Of a stretch of DNA of 64,000 bases, positions 50,827 through 64,000 are shown in pieces (positions within the stretch are counted from its first letter, which is position 1; every line of letters begins with the position of its first letter). Source of the stretch: Balanoglossus misakiensis (Eukaryota > Animalia > Hemichordata). A model generated the notes under the pieces. That model ran no database searches. It was given only the letters and a program-made list of their open reading frames with translations, and was not told where the DNA came from. Location of the stretch: the NCBI GenBank assembly GCA_040954595.2, contig CM082598.2:8075097-8139096 (forward strand). The letters are read 5' to 3'. The position numbers and the translations under genes were made by a program.

Positions 50827-53800
50827 ACTCCCTCCAGCAGCAGTGTTACCAATGAACCTAATGTAAAAAAAAGAATGAAATTATTTTAATAAACTGATTA
50901 GATCAAGTCATCATCATTGATAAAAAAAACAATGATAAGAAGAAATAATTTAAAAATTAAAGCTACCAGCACCATTGGTGGGGCCCAAACAGTTCCCATG
51001 GTTACCAGGGTTAGTATGCCAAGGCTGTATTCTGCTGTGAATACTAAGATATAGGAAATCTGGTCAAAGGTTACCCCGGGGTCACTGAAAATCGCGTCAG
51101 GGACACTGTGGTCTCATTTAGTGATTACACTAAAATGAGTCTACACATGAGTACAGACAGACAGACACACACATAGAGAGGCAATAAAATATGACCCTCC
51201 CCCGAAAACATTCGTTGTCCTTGATCTTATGTATGCCGGCCGGGTACAAGAGACAAACCAGCCAATCAATGAAAATTTTGTACAAATACAGAGCTCAAAG
51301 TTGCATTTTAGTGAGCCCAAAAGCAAATTAGCTCAATGTTAGGACAATTTTACTTATGACACTCAAAGTATGCATTGCTGGGGTGGGATGGCAAGCAGCC
51401 TGTCCTGGTACAATAGACAAACCAGCCAATAAATGAAATGTGGTGAAGAATGAAGGGGTGGGTGTGATTAGTACATTTTGTAAAAAAAAAGACCTCGGAA
51501 CTGTAATTTTGTGGGGGAAAAAGAATGGGATCCCCCCTTAAAGGTTTCAAAAAAAAGATGACCCCGTCCCTTTTGGATTTTAAAGTTTAAATTCCCCCCT
51601 GGACTTTGCCGTCGCCCAAAGAAGTCGACTCATCAATTCTAGAAAAGTAGACTTTTTGCCAAAAATGATGAAAAAATGCATAAAAATAGAATATTCAAAC
51701 TATTTGTTCAAAAAAATATCGGACTGTATGTGGTTGACATAAGGTACTTGCATACCAATTGTCAAATCAATCTGACCAGTGGTTGTAGAGTTTCTGAGTT
51801 TTGACCAATTTCAAATTGTCCCAGCTAATTTGCATTAATTTAAAAAGTTTAACTGAATATGTATGCCAGGTCAAATAACTGATTTGAAATTCAAGGTGCA
51901 CACTCGTTGGCAAGGACAGCTGTGACAAATTTGAGAAGCCTAGGTATGGCAGCTTTTCAGAGCCAGGTGTGCAAAAAAAATCCAGGGAATGGGGCCCAAG
52001 CTCCTGACAAAAAAACAGCACAATACCAAAAAGGGACTCATATTACTAACAAAATGTAAGCCTGTAAGAAATCAAAAGCTGCAAATCTTTTTACCACCTT
52101 GTGTCAGTACTAAGCAACAAGACTTTTTATAGAGTTGCTGTTTTAGTGGTCTTTGCAGATGCTAGAGATTAAAAAAGAATCCAACAAGTTAAGATTTTCA
52201 GAAACAATGATAGCTATATCAATTACTGTTTGAAAAAAATGTGATGTTTACCACCTTGTTTTCAGAAAAGTATTTAAATAAATGTTTTTCCAAAGAGTTA
52301 AAACAAAGATTGGCAGCCATCTTGAATTTCAAAAAACTGCAACAATATCCCATATGCAACAAATATGCAAATTATACTATTTGACACCTGACTTTAGGTC
52401 AAGGGGTTTCAGAGAAGAGGACTACTCTTCAGACTCAGACAAAATAATAATGCAATATTCAGCAGAATTTAAAAAAATGACTAAGATCACTAAGGGACAA
52501 TTCACAACAAAGATCGAAACAATTAGACGTACCAATTTTAAAGATCATTATGAAAACTTTACAGATTCGGTCATAATGTAAACAAATAATATCACCCCTG
52601 TGGACATGACAATCAGATATGCATATTCTAATATGATTTTTAGTCCAAATAAAAAGGCAACTGCCCCCAAAATACAAAATTGCAGGTTATGTCACAAACC
52701 TCATGGAGATGCATACTAAATTTCAGAGAAAATTCCCCCCCCCCCACAAAAAAAATATGCAAATTTCACCACATTTTGAAGAAACAACTTGCGTCATCCC
52801 TAGAAACTTGCATAGTCAAAGAAATCCTACAAGCTTATTTCTTCTTCCAAAAACAGCAAAAACTCGTTTCAAACTACAAATATGCAGAATTCAGCACAAT
52901 TTCAACACGCATTACTTCGCTACCCCCAGACACCTGCATACCAAATTTGAAAGCATTTGCACCAGTGATTTCAGAAAAGAAAAGTGTTGACAGACATATG
53001 ATGACTGAACATCTATCTACCTGTCTGACAATATTTGCAGTGCTAAGAGCAGAGCTAGAGATTGGTGTTGTCTTTTCACATTTTAAATCATCACACTTTG
53101 CTTCTCAAAGCTACTATTCTGCTCTGCTTGAGAAATGACTTGGGACCATTTTTGGCAAACAATAGTCACTAATCTTCCTGAGTTTATAGTACAATGTACC
53201 TACGTTGTTTTAGTAATATACTGATTATGTTCAGACTTTTTCTTGTGTCTGCATATGTCTTTATTACAGAGGAATAATCTATCCAGTTGTCATTTTTCTG
53301 TTTATTCAGATATAAACTAGTCTGGGTTGAAACAGTAGAAATTTTAAAATTGTCATACCTATTTCTGAAGAGAGTTCAAAACCAATACCTATGGGAAGCA
53401 TTATATCAAATTTGCTGGGTAACTCTGGATTTATAACTTAGGCTAATTACAGTGCTAACTCACACTGGATGATTCAACGGTATTTTTAGATTCAGATCAA
53501 AATATAAAGAACAGTACAAAGTGGCAAAATGGGATTGTTTTGTGAAAGCAAGTGGCTTACATTGAGAGACATTAGGGTACTATACTTAGGCCAAGTTGCT
53601 CAAAAATAATGGGGAAATCATTGGATGGGATGCATTTCATTATTGTCAGTATTACTTGTCTCTGTTCCTGGTCCAAGCATTACCTTATAAATTGAAACCA
53701 GTTTTATCACTGCTTTTATCACAGTTTAGTTAACTTGAAATAAATACGAGTTATATCATTACTCATACCATTGGTGTTGTCTTATCATTTTTTCACTGGA

Positions 53801-55763
53801 GATAGGAAGGCAAGATTGCAACTTACAGCTTTAGATTATTACGTGTTGAACCTTTCTGCAGTTATGATGGAAATAGTTTCAGCCTATACTATTTAAGATA
53901 AGAATCCTATTGAATCAGTCTGTATTTTCTCGGCAGATTTTTATTGAAAATAATAGATTTATCGACAGTCACAAGTTGAGTACAACCAGAGTTTTGATCG
54001 GCTACCAGCTATTATCAGCAAGTAGTTTCAAAGAATACAATTTTTGATGTAAAATTGCAAAAATTGCCCCAAGAACACAAATATGAAAATTTCACTAACA
54101 TTTTACAACATCTTACTTGGGTAACCCCTAGGAACGTTCCAAACAAATTTAAAAGCAATCTGACGAGGGATTTCAGAGAAAATGATTTTTGAGCAGAATT
54201 GGTAAAAATCACCCAAACTTACAAGTATGCAATTTTTTGTAACAATTTACGAAAATCACCTAGATCAAATATAGGAAGCTTCATGCTAAAGTTTAAAGAA
54301 ATTTGCTATCACTTCCATTAATTGTTTATTTGCAAAAAATGTGGAAAAGTCCAAACAAGCATAAAAAATAGAAAATTCATGATATTAGCTCAATTAGGTT
54401 TATATCCCTAGCCTGAGTGGGAACATGCCTACAAAATTCAAAGCAATCTACAAAAAGTTTCAGAGAAAACGATTTTCCAATAAAAATGGCAAAAATTGCC
54501 CCAACAATATGCAAAACCAGCAACAATTTGTGCAAAACTAACTAAGATCACCTATAGGAAGCTCCATAACATATTTTAATGTATTGTATCCCATCTTAGG
54601 GTAGATAAATACGTGGATGGAGTGCCTGGTTATCACATGTCATAGCCTTACATGAAGATATTTAGAAAAATGTAGAAATATAGTAATTTTCTTAAAATTT
54701 TCACAATATGTGCCGAAATAGAAGTATCATTAAATGATAAAAAGAAAACACTCACACAATTATTTTATTTTTTGATTGAGTTGTTCAGATATTTCACCAT
54801 AGGAAAACTATAACATTAGTTCTGCATGAAAAGTGCTGACTCAGCATTTTCCAGAATATTTTTTTTATCCCCTTACTGAAAACGTAGCATTGAAACACCC
54901 TATTATCTCTCTATATTTGTTCTTAACATTCATAATAAACAATATTTATCTAAAATGGAAATGACAACAATTTAACTTTTGAGCAGTCAACTATTAACAG
55001 AAACTTGGTGAGCTGTTTTAAAGATTTAATCAAAAGACTGGGAGACCCACCAAATAAACCTGACCAATTCACAAAGTAATTTACCTCACCTCTTAAGATC
55101 GAGCTTCAACAATAGTAGAAAAATGCTTGTGAAATATCAAAATTTACCAAGAAGCTTCATAAACATTTTTCTGATTAAGAGTGACTTTTGAAAAAATAAT
55201 TTGGAAAGGATTCTATTATTTGATATTTTACATCAAAATGAAGGAAAAAAATCTCCAATGAGTTGAAATGAGAAATCCATGTACACAAACATTTGTGAAA
55301 CACTTCCCCTATACCATTAATACAATTAGATCCCCTATTCAAATAGTCATAATCAACCCACTTTTTGATCGTGGAGGATAGCACTACATAAAGGTTACCA
55401 AGTGGAGAATATTCAAGTGATTATTAGAGGTGTCCATGATAACCAACGGTAGATTGCTGCCCCAATAAAATTGATAGGGTGAATTAACTATTTGATTAAA
55501 AACAGTAACATATAAACTGGCTATGTAGCAGGTATACAACAAGTTATGGTTACCAGAAAAGGTACTTGACGGGGCCTGGAACTTCATGTTGAAATGCTAT
55601 GTATACAGCATGTATACAGCAAATCATGCCGTAAGGGTCTTCAACATAGGATCCAAGGTCTTCTCCCCCTCCTGCACAGCCTAATTGATGACCACTTAAG
55701 ACACCGCCTGTGAATCAAATATATGTGCATGTTTATAAGTAAACCAATCACAAACTTGCATTA

Positions 55764-57704
55764 GGGACTGTCCAGAATATACTTCCAGGGGGGGCCGGAG
55801 GATTTTCAGGGGGGGGGGGGGGTCACCAACTTTCCCCCAAGAAAAATTAGGGGGGGGGGGAGCAGACATAAAAATCACAGTCCTTTAGGGGGGCCATGTA
55901 AAAAAACCTCACAAACTTAATATTTGCCCAGAAGTACTGATTTATAAGAAACAAACCAGCATGGCTACCTGGATGACAGATGAACTCCACAAGCGTATTA
56001 TTAAATCATCATAAGCTGGAATTTCGGGTAATTTTTACGGTGGTGTATTTCGTATATGTACTACAGTTTCTTGTTCTACTACTCTGTGAAGCATAATAAG
56101 ATGTCCAACTTATTTGGCCTGCCAGCACAGACCATATATGTACAGTGAACAGTCAGTGTTGTTACTGTTGATAACTGAGCTCAATTCAAGTCCAGACAAG
56201 ATTTAAAGAATTGGACTTTTTTGACAATCTATCTATACCAGCAGCTAGTGATAAATTAATTCTACATTTTATAGAATAAAGCATAGTACGCCTGAAGTAT
56301 TTTGAAGAGTGACTGTGAATAAAGTAAGACATAATAAATCACATTCATTTTACTTGCTAAAACATGGTACTCGGGTGAGAATCCAGATTTAAAGCCATAC
56401 TAGCCGTAACTCTTGTTAACTCTTAAGATTTGTTGACCTCGAAGTATGTGTTGATTTCTTTTCTATTTTGTTCAAAATTGCACAATATATGGGCAAGAAT
56501 TCTAATTCCTACAAACTAAAATAATACACAATATTTATTTTTTAAATGTCTTTTTGTTTGCAGTCTGAATCGAGCTTGTCTACAATTTTTGTGAGGCTCA
56601 ACACAGTCGAATTTGCAATTTCTGTCTCATTGATATCTCAAAGATATTAATGGCACCCTGCTTTCTGGTAATATTAAACTTAAAGAGACATTGGCTTTAA
56701 CTTTTGTCAATTTTTATCTGAATGTTTTAGTCCTCTGTGTCAAGTGCACTTTCTTGGTCCACTCCTCAGAGTATGCTCATGTGTAACAGCAAATGTTTTG
56801 CCTGTGATGTACCTATTGTTTTGATTATAGTACAAACACATAAAATTATATTGTTTTGTGCCAGCCAAACTTGTTAAAAAAAGGTTTAAAAAACCCCATA
56901 AAATTGTGCATGACTACATTATTTTTTAATTTACCAATTGAAAAACAAGAAACATTTTATTTAATATGTTTTTGCCAAAACTTGCAGAATCTTTTTAAAA
57001 TACTGTAAAGGACACAATCTCATGTTTGATTTGAATTTTCTAAAAAATACTTGATTGTTGATTGTAAAAAAGAGAAAGTAAAATATGAAATTGTTAAACA
57101 ATTGATTGTTGTCAATTTCCTGAAACTGTCACACATAACCCATTGAAAAATGCTGTATTGAAAAATATAAATCAAATACTATGTCACTCTGCTTGATAAT
57201 TAGATACAATGATCATAATTGTATATTTTCCTTTGAAAAGCCTCTGATGCAAAAGTGCTGATGCAGTGTTTTTGACATGGCTTATTTACAACTGAAGTGT
57301 TTGATATAGTGGACATAGTAGGAAGTTTTGTCATAATTAATTTATTTTCCGAAAACTACAATCTTAGTTGCCCATTGCTAGGCTTCCCAAAAGTGTGCCA
57401 CTTGCAGTCCCTGCAAAAACATGATTTTTATGACCACTTAACTGTCCCCTGTAAAATTGGTTATATCAGTGTGTAAATGATCTCTTGATTGTTCTTGCAA
57501 AGGGTGATGAACTTGTCTTGTCAGACTGTTTGTGCCGTAGTCTGTAAGTATGCATGTATATATTGGGGGGCATGGAAAAAAACAGGAAATTTAAGGGGGG
57601 GGCACAGATTTTCTGCACAATTTACTTGGGGGCCATGGAAAAAAATCACCAGGAAAATAAGAAATCCTCCAGCCCCACCCTGGAAGTAAATTCTGGACAG
57701 TCCC
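55764..57704. mobile_element. PIF/Harbinger-type non-autonomous DNA transposon (1.94 kb)
   Basis: TIR gggactgtccagaat.tacttccaggg / ccctggaagta.attctggacagtccc; 3-bp TSD TTA (55761-55763, 57705-57707). Confidence 0.88.
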
Positions 57705-60700
57705 TTATGTCATACTAATAAGTCAAAAATGCAGAACATGGTATAATGTAGAGTCAGTGCTGTGTTGTGACAACACACAAAAATGGAATACTTAGCAGAG
57801 AAATCTGTGAAAACAGCAATTTTGAAACTCCATTTACATCAGTAATAGTACTGCAGAGTAAAGAAGCTCCACATGGGTATACTCTTACATGGCAATCAGG
57901 TGACAAATGATATTTATGTGTAAACAACAGAAACATGCACACAGACTTAATAACACTGTACCTAAAACATACCCACCCATGGACGGCAAACAAATAATTA
58001 AATTCAAGGCGCCTATATACAATTACAGCTATGGGTAATTCTGCCAATTCTAAATTTATGTCCAGTTCATTCACGTCATCATAATCATGTACAGGAAATC
58101 AATAATGCCCTAAAAAAGCAAATATAGATGAACTCATGCTTACCAGAAAGTAGTCTTAACCAAGCTTCAGCGCACAGGAGAACGAGAAACCCTGGACCAG
58201 TTGAAATTGCGATATCGTGGCTTCCATCTGTGAATGAAATATGCATAGCAGTTAGTAACAAATCATAAACCTGTATGTCGTGATATAAGGGAGTGTTGAG
58301 AATATACTTCCCCAGGAATTGAGGTGGCTGTATGATTTCCAGGGGGCCATCGATATTTTTACATAAGACATTTTTGGGGGCACAAAACACTGGACTTTTT
58401 GGGATGGCTATGAAAAAATAGCGTCAAGGACACTGCGATCCCATTTGAGGATTACGCAGAATAAGTTATACACAAGAATAAAAATCACATGTGACATTGG
58501 CAAGCAGATATGACCTAACCATATATAAATATGAAAATGTAAAAAAAAAATAACAAGGAACATGCCCAATACACTGTCATGTGTCGTGGCAGGCTTAAAA
58601 GCTGTGCTATAAAAATTTATGTTTGACCAAAAATTGTGTGTAGAAACACACATGACAAGCAACTTCTTACAGTCAGCCCTGGGACAGACGGACAGACATT
58701 CAATAGCTAGTGGTCTCTGTAACAGCTGGCCTATTAAAGTTATGTAAACATATAGTGTAAACAGTCTGGGGGTACCAATACCTTGTAAACAGTAACTTTC
58801 AATGCAACTGGACATTAGTTTAGAAGATTTGCTAACCAAAAACAATAATTTGCAAAAAAACTCGCTAAATATTTCTTCAAAAGTGAAAAAAACACATACT
58901 TGCAAATATCACCAAAATTGTTCAAAATCCTAACTTAAATCACCACAAGGAACATGCCTGCCAAAAAGCGAAACAATCGAAGCAATCTGACAAGTGGTTT
59001 CAGAGGGGAAAGATGACAAAAAAATTATCAAAATTATAAATATGTAATTTTTTGCAATAATCTGAACAAAACCATGGTTACTCAGACAACCTATAAGAAG
59101 CTTCATACTAAATTTCAAAGAAGTAGGCCGATCACTTTCAGAAAGGAAGATTTTTTACCAATAATGATGAAAAATTAATATAAACAAATGTATCAAAAAT
59201 AGAAAATCAATATTAGCTCAAAACATACAGGACTGTTTGAGGTAGACATAAGGTACCTGCATACCAATTTCCAAATCAATCTGACCAGTAGTTGTTCAGT
59301 TTGAGTTTTGACCCATTTCATATTTTTCCATCTAATTTGCATATTTTTGTCAATAATGCAGAAAAAGACAAAACAACAAAAAATAGAAAATTCATAATAT
59401 TAGCTCAAACCTACAGGACAGTATGGCGTTTATTGACATATCTATATGAATATGGATAGCGTATGATGGGGGAGTATAACTTCTGAGGGGGTCATCAATT
59501 TTTTGTCATAACTTTTGGGGGGCAAAGAAAAAATAACCTAAAAAGTAGGAAATCCTACACCCCCCCCCCCCCAAGCTTTCATTCTGACCAATAACTTTTT
59601 ATGAAGGCCTCTGTAGTTTTGAAAGAAAGATTGCCAGCTATGTTAGACTATCAATCTACAGAGGGGATGAAAAATCCTATGTGAAGTGTCCAGTCTTTGA
59701 TCAACTTCCGTAAGTTTCAACAGGTAAAAATATACTCGTAAATGTTTATCAACTTCAATACGTCTGAAACAGTATGCTTGCAAATGTATTAACGTAGTCA
59801 GATAACTGAATAGTGAAGATAGCAAAACAAACAGGTTTATGCTTATGGCCATACCTACTATTAGCGATTGACATGTTGTACATAGCAAATTATTGTTTGG
59901 AGTTATTGTCAACATGTTTTTATTGCATAAAGTCTCTTTATTGCATGTTTCGTTTTACTCTGGATAGAAATCTGTCCAAAGACGTTTATAGACTTGATGG
60001 GGATGATTTTAAATAGTGTTCTCAAAAACCTTCAATTTCATGCCCTCTATTTATGAAGTTGAGGAGAGGTTGTATTCCTTGTAGGATGTTGAAATCACTG
60101 GCGAGAAACCATGTCAGTATAAAAAATTGATAGGGGTGGTATCAAAGTTTGAAGATACCCAACATGATAAAATCAGTGTCCACACAAGTTTAAGTTTCTC
60201 GTCTAGTCAATCTACGAGATTTGGGCACCTAACCCACCATAAATTGCAACAGAATTTTTTTCTTCAGAATATATTTTGGAGAGGTGTCTAGATTAATTGA
60301 ACCCAAATCCATCTTGTGGAAATATTTCTAATTTGCATAAATTTAATATTGAAAATTTGGGGGCCAAATATCAAGAAATAAACACGACTTTTTCTATGAT
60401 TTTAAAGTATAAAAATATTTCATGTACATGAAGAACCATCTTGAAATAATATTTGACATGGGCAGATTTCATAATTTTCATAAATTTAATATGCTGAACA
60501 GTATTCATAGAAACCCATATTTGGGCTGTATATTGGGTATTAGACAAGCTATTTAAGTGTTTTTATTCAAAACTATCTCTATGACATTTGGAACAATTTT
60601 GAAAAAAAAATGTTTACATTTGCACTTTATATTTTGAATAAATCCAATATGGCCGCCAAATGAATGTACAACAGCTTATCATACTCCGGCATATATAATA

Positions 60701-62599
60701 ATAACCTCATACTAAATTTCGAAGGATTCAGACTATCGCTCTCAGAAGTGAAGATATTTTTTTACCAATAATGTGGAAAAAGAAAAAAAATTAAAAAACA
60801 TTAGAAAATTCATAATATTAGCTCAAAACATACAGGACTGTATGGGTTCATTGACATACCAGTTTTCAGATCAATCTGACCAGTAGTTGTCTTGTTTCTG
60901 ACTTTTGACCAATTTCACATTTTCACAGGTAATACTTTCAGCAATGACAACTACATTTGAACAAAATCCCATCTACAGCCCCGCCTGCATCTACACACTA
61001 AATATGGAAGTGATACGCGCAGCGGTTTTCATCCATTCACTCGTACAAACAAATGCAACTGATTCCTCGGGTCCCAATCATATACATGCACATAAACCAA
61101 ATGGGACCTAAAAATTGCTCCAAAATTATAAATACCCAAATTTTGGCAGCAATTTAAACAAAACTAAGGTTGGTAACACAGATCACCTATGAAGCTTCAT
61201 ACTAATTATCAAACAAATCAGCTGATCAATTCCAGGAAAGTAGATTTTTTCCCGATAATGTGGAAAGAGACAAAAAATGCATAAAAATAAAAAATTCACA
61301 TTATTAGCTCACAATATATAGAATTGTGTGAGGTTAACTTAAGGTACATGCATACCAATTTTCAATTTTGAAAGCAATTTGCCCAGTAGTTGTCGAGTTT
61401 CAGAGTTTACCAATTAGACACTTTCCCAGTTAATTTGCATATTTTAGCAATGACAACTTCATTTAGACAAACTCCCATCTACCCCCCTGTCTGCATCTCC
61501 ACACAAAATATCAAGGTTTCCAAGTGTTTGATGTTGACGGACATACAAACAAACATCCATACATCAGGTGCAACTGATCCCATAAGGTCCTATGGCATAA
61601 ATACAAATACCAAATGGGACCTAACAATTCTGATAAAATGCCTACATAGCTAGTGTAAAAACACTTGTACCTTCAACGCCCTTGGACAACACATTTTTGT
61701 AACTTCCCCAGATCAATAGCTAATATTACTTTCCAAAGGCGACTAAAATTTTTTTTTTTTTTTTGGGGGGGGGGGGGGGGGCCTGATGCAATTCTGATAC
61801 ATGTACTTCATGATTTAGAGATATGATGATAATCCTGTCAACCGAATTACAGGGAAATCAGATTTTCCATGTAAAATCATATCACCCAAAAATGTCAAAA
61901 GTGTCGAAAATAATTTTGAAACAAAAAGTCTACTCAAAATCATACCAAAATTAAAAGTTTAATGCAGTTGGGCAAGCAATTTGAGAATGAAGAAATTTAC
62001 AAAATAATTTATAAATACAAATGCCGCACACAAACTTACAATTACTACCATATTACTGTACATGTTAAAAGGACATTGTACCAGCAGAGACATTGCGATC
62101 GAGCAATCCCAAAGATATACATGACATGGTCTAATTACAAATATTGAACATGTAAAATAAGTACACATAACTTCCAGTCTTTCAGTACAGTCAGCTGCTT
62201 GTGAACAATAGGCATATAGCTATTTCATCAAATTTATAGCCCAAGTCATGCCTATACAATTCTCCCCTGAAATACGTTTTAAGCTACCCTAAGTGAGTGA
62301 TAAAAATCTCATATGGTCGACAATTTCAAGATGGCCGATTTTTGCCATGTTAAAGAAATGAGAGTTCATATTAATGCGTTTAATATGCTAACTACAGAGA
62401 CAGACATGTTTGACCAAAGCATGAAATACAAAAAATGTATCATTTCTTCTATCTCTTACTACAGTGGGTTGTGGACTTTTCGCCTAGAATGCAATGTGAT
62501 TTGACCCCTAGCGCAAAGTAAAAACCTATTTAAGGCAGCCAGAATTTTCTGCACAGTATGACGGGAAACATTTGTAAAGTCATGGCTAGCGTGGGCTGG

Positions 62600-63070
62600 T
62601 AAGTTTATGGGACTCTCCATGATAACCGATTGTGGCTTGTCACCACCATAATTTTGAAAGGGTGACTTCACTATTTGATGGGAAAAGGTAGCATTTACAA
62701 ATAAGCTATGGAGCATGTTTACAGCAAGTTGTGCTTACCGGAAAGCGGTCTTAGATCAGGCCTAGGTATTCTCTTCCTCTTCCGGCATACGTTGAAATGC
62801 TGTGTTTAAGACTGTGAATCAAATATATGCAAATATTAATTAGTAACCAATCAACTTTGCTTTAGAATTATGTGGGCCATACTAATTAGTGAAAATATGC
62901 AAAACATGGTATAATGTAGGGTCAGACTGTGCTGCGATAATGTACAACAGTGGAATACGTATCAAAGAAATCTGTAACAGCGATCTTAAAACTCCATTTA
63001 CATCAGTACTGCAGTAAAGTGGTCCACATGGGTATACCCCAAACATTGCAATTAGGTGACAACTGAAACT
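62600..63070 (+). repeat. Diverged duplicate of ~55420-55760 plus 57705-57905 (lacks the Harbinger insertion)
   Basis: Shared blocks tccatgataacc, actatttgat, tgtgaatcaaatatatg, acatggtataatgtag, aaactccatttacatcagta, ccacatgggtatac in the same order. Confidence 0.7.
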
Positions 63071-64000
63071 GACATCATATCAGATTCTGTAAATGACAGA
63101 AGGTGTACACACACTTTGACATCTACGTAACACTGTACAATGATTTCTTAGTTTGTTGTGAAAATGAAACTTGCATTTGATCCATCTCACTTTTCATACA
63201 ACAGATTAGCATAAGAATGTACATTGTTGGCAATTATAAAACATTTATTTAAGTATAGAAAAGTGAGCCTTAAAATTTAAACTTTGAATATCAGTATACT
63301 AAATTGTTTCAAACGTAGCTGTCAGTATATCTCATGGCATGGTGGCGGAAGTAGATTTTGTTACCAGGGAAGACATATTGAACACAGACAAGCCCAATAG
63401 TCGCTTGGTGATTTTTTATCTTTATAAAGATTCTCAAAACTGTTTGTGCATTTGGTAGCTTTGAGCAAGTTTCTGGTACTGATCAGAGTTTTCGAATTCA
63501 GAACTGCGCTTCTCTGGCTTTGGTTACCATCAGCCAATGTGATCTTAAGCACACATTTAAAAAAAAAATCCAGCCTGTTTGTGTCATGATTTATATTTTT
63601 CTTTGTGGCCTAAGGTATTGTTTTATTTCACTCTAAAGAACATTACTTTCCTTCATGTGTCTAATATAATAACATTTCTCTTAGCCAGTTTGATTAAGCA
63701 TGGTGTTGGACTAGCACATTTTTAGCCAAAGTTACGGTATATCCCTGTGTATTGGTATGGGAGTAATTTCTAGCTATATGGTTAAGGAAATGCATCCAAA
63801 TTTAATTTATGCTTCACATGAAGATTTGAACTTGACCATTTAATTCATGTCATCACGATCATATAACAGGCAATCGAGGCCAGAATTCGAAGGGAAAATA
63901 AGTATTGATAACTGGAATGTGTAAATTAGTTCGTAGACATACATTGCTTTCTATTGCTTTGGTTGCAACGCCCGATAAAGGCAAATTTATAGCAAGTCAT

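Noticed and set aside
51000-64000. Short ORFs in the AT-rich right end
   Set aside because: They lie in degenerate dispersed repeats; no domains or coherent exon structure recognised.

Overview
AT-rich, repeat-dense eukaryotic genomic DNA with GT-AG introns. A marine invertebrate source is a guess from the repeat types and gene content. Main contents, left to right: (1) small MITEs and foldbacks plus a ~1.6-kb tandem segmental repeat (3.5-7.9 kb). (2) A minus-strand, 9-exon spliced transposase of the CMC (CACTA/EnSpm-like) type (11493-16790) that the ORF track shows only as fragments; subterminal-type repeats near 7.9-8.1 kb may mark one end of its element. (3) Directly head-to-head with it, the right half of a Polinton/Maverick (adintovirus-like) endogenous virus: C2H2 ORF, 50-bp repeats, PC4-like gene, chromodomain integrase, minor capsid, PW/core protein, intact major capsid, adenain protease and a terminal ACTACT at 23020. 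pPolB, packaging ATPase and the left TIR are absent. (4) Tandem copies of a hairpin-ended repeat element with ~238-bp subunits. (5) The 3' exons of a VWDE-like EGF/transmembrane host gene carrying in-frame TGA stops. (6) A solo LTR. (7) A ~9-kb 90-bp satellite with zoned subfamilies, emerging higher-order repeats and a 5'-truncated CR1 LINE inserted in it. (8) Further tandem repeats, MITEs and degenerate dispersed repeats to the window end. All family assignments come from motifs read by eye; no database searches were run.
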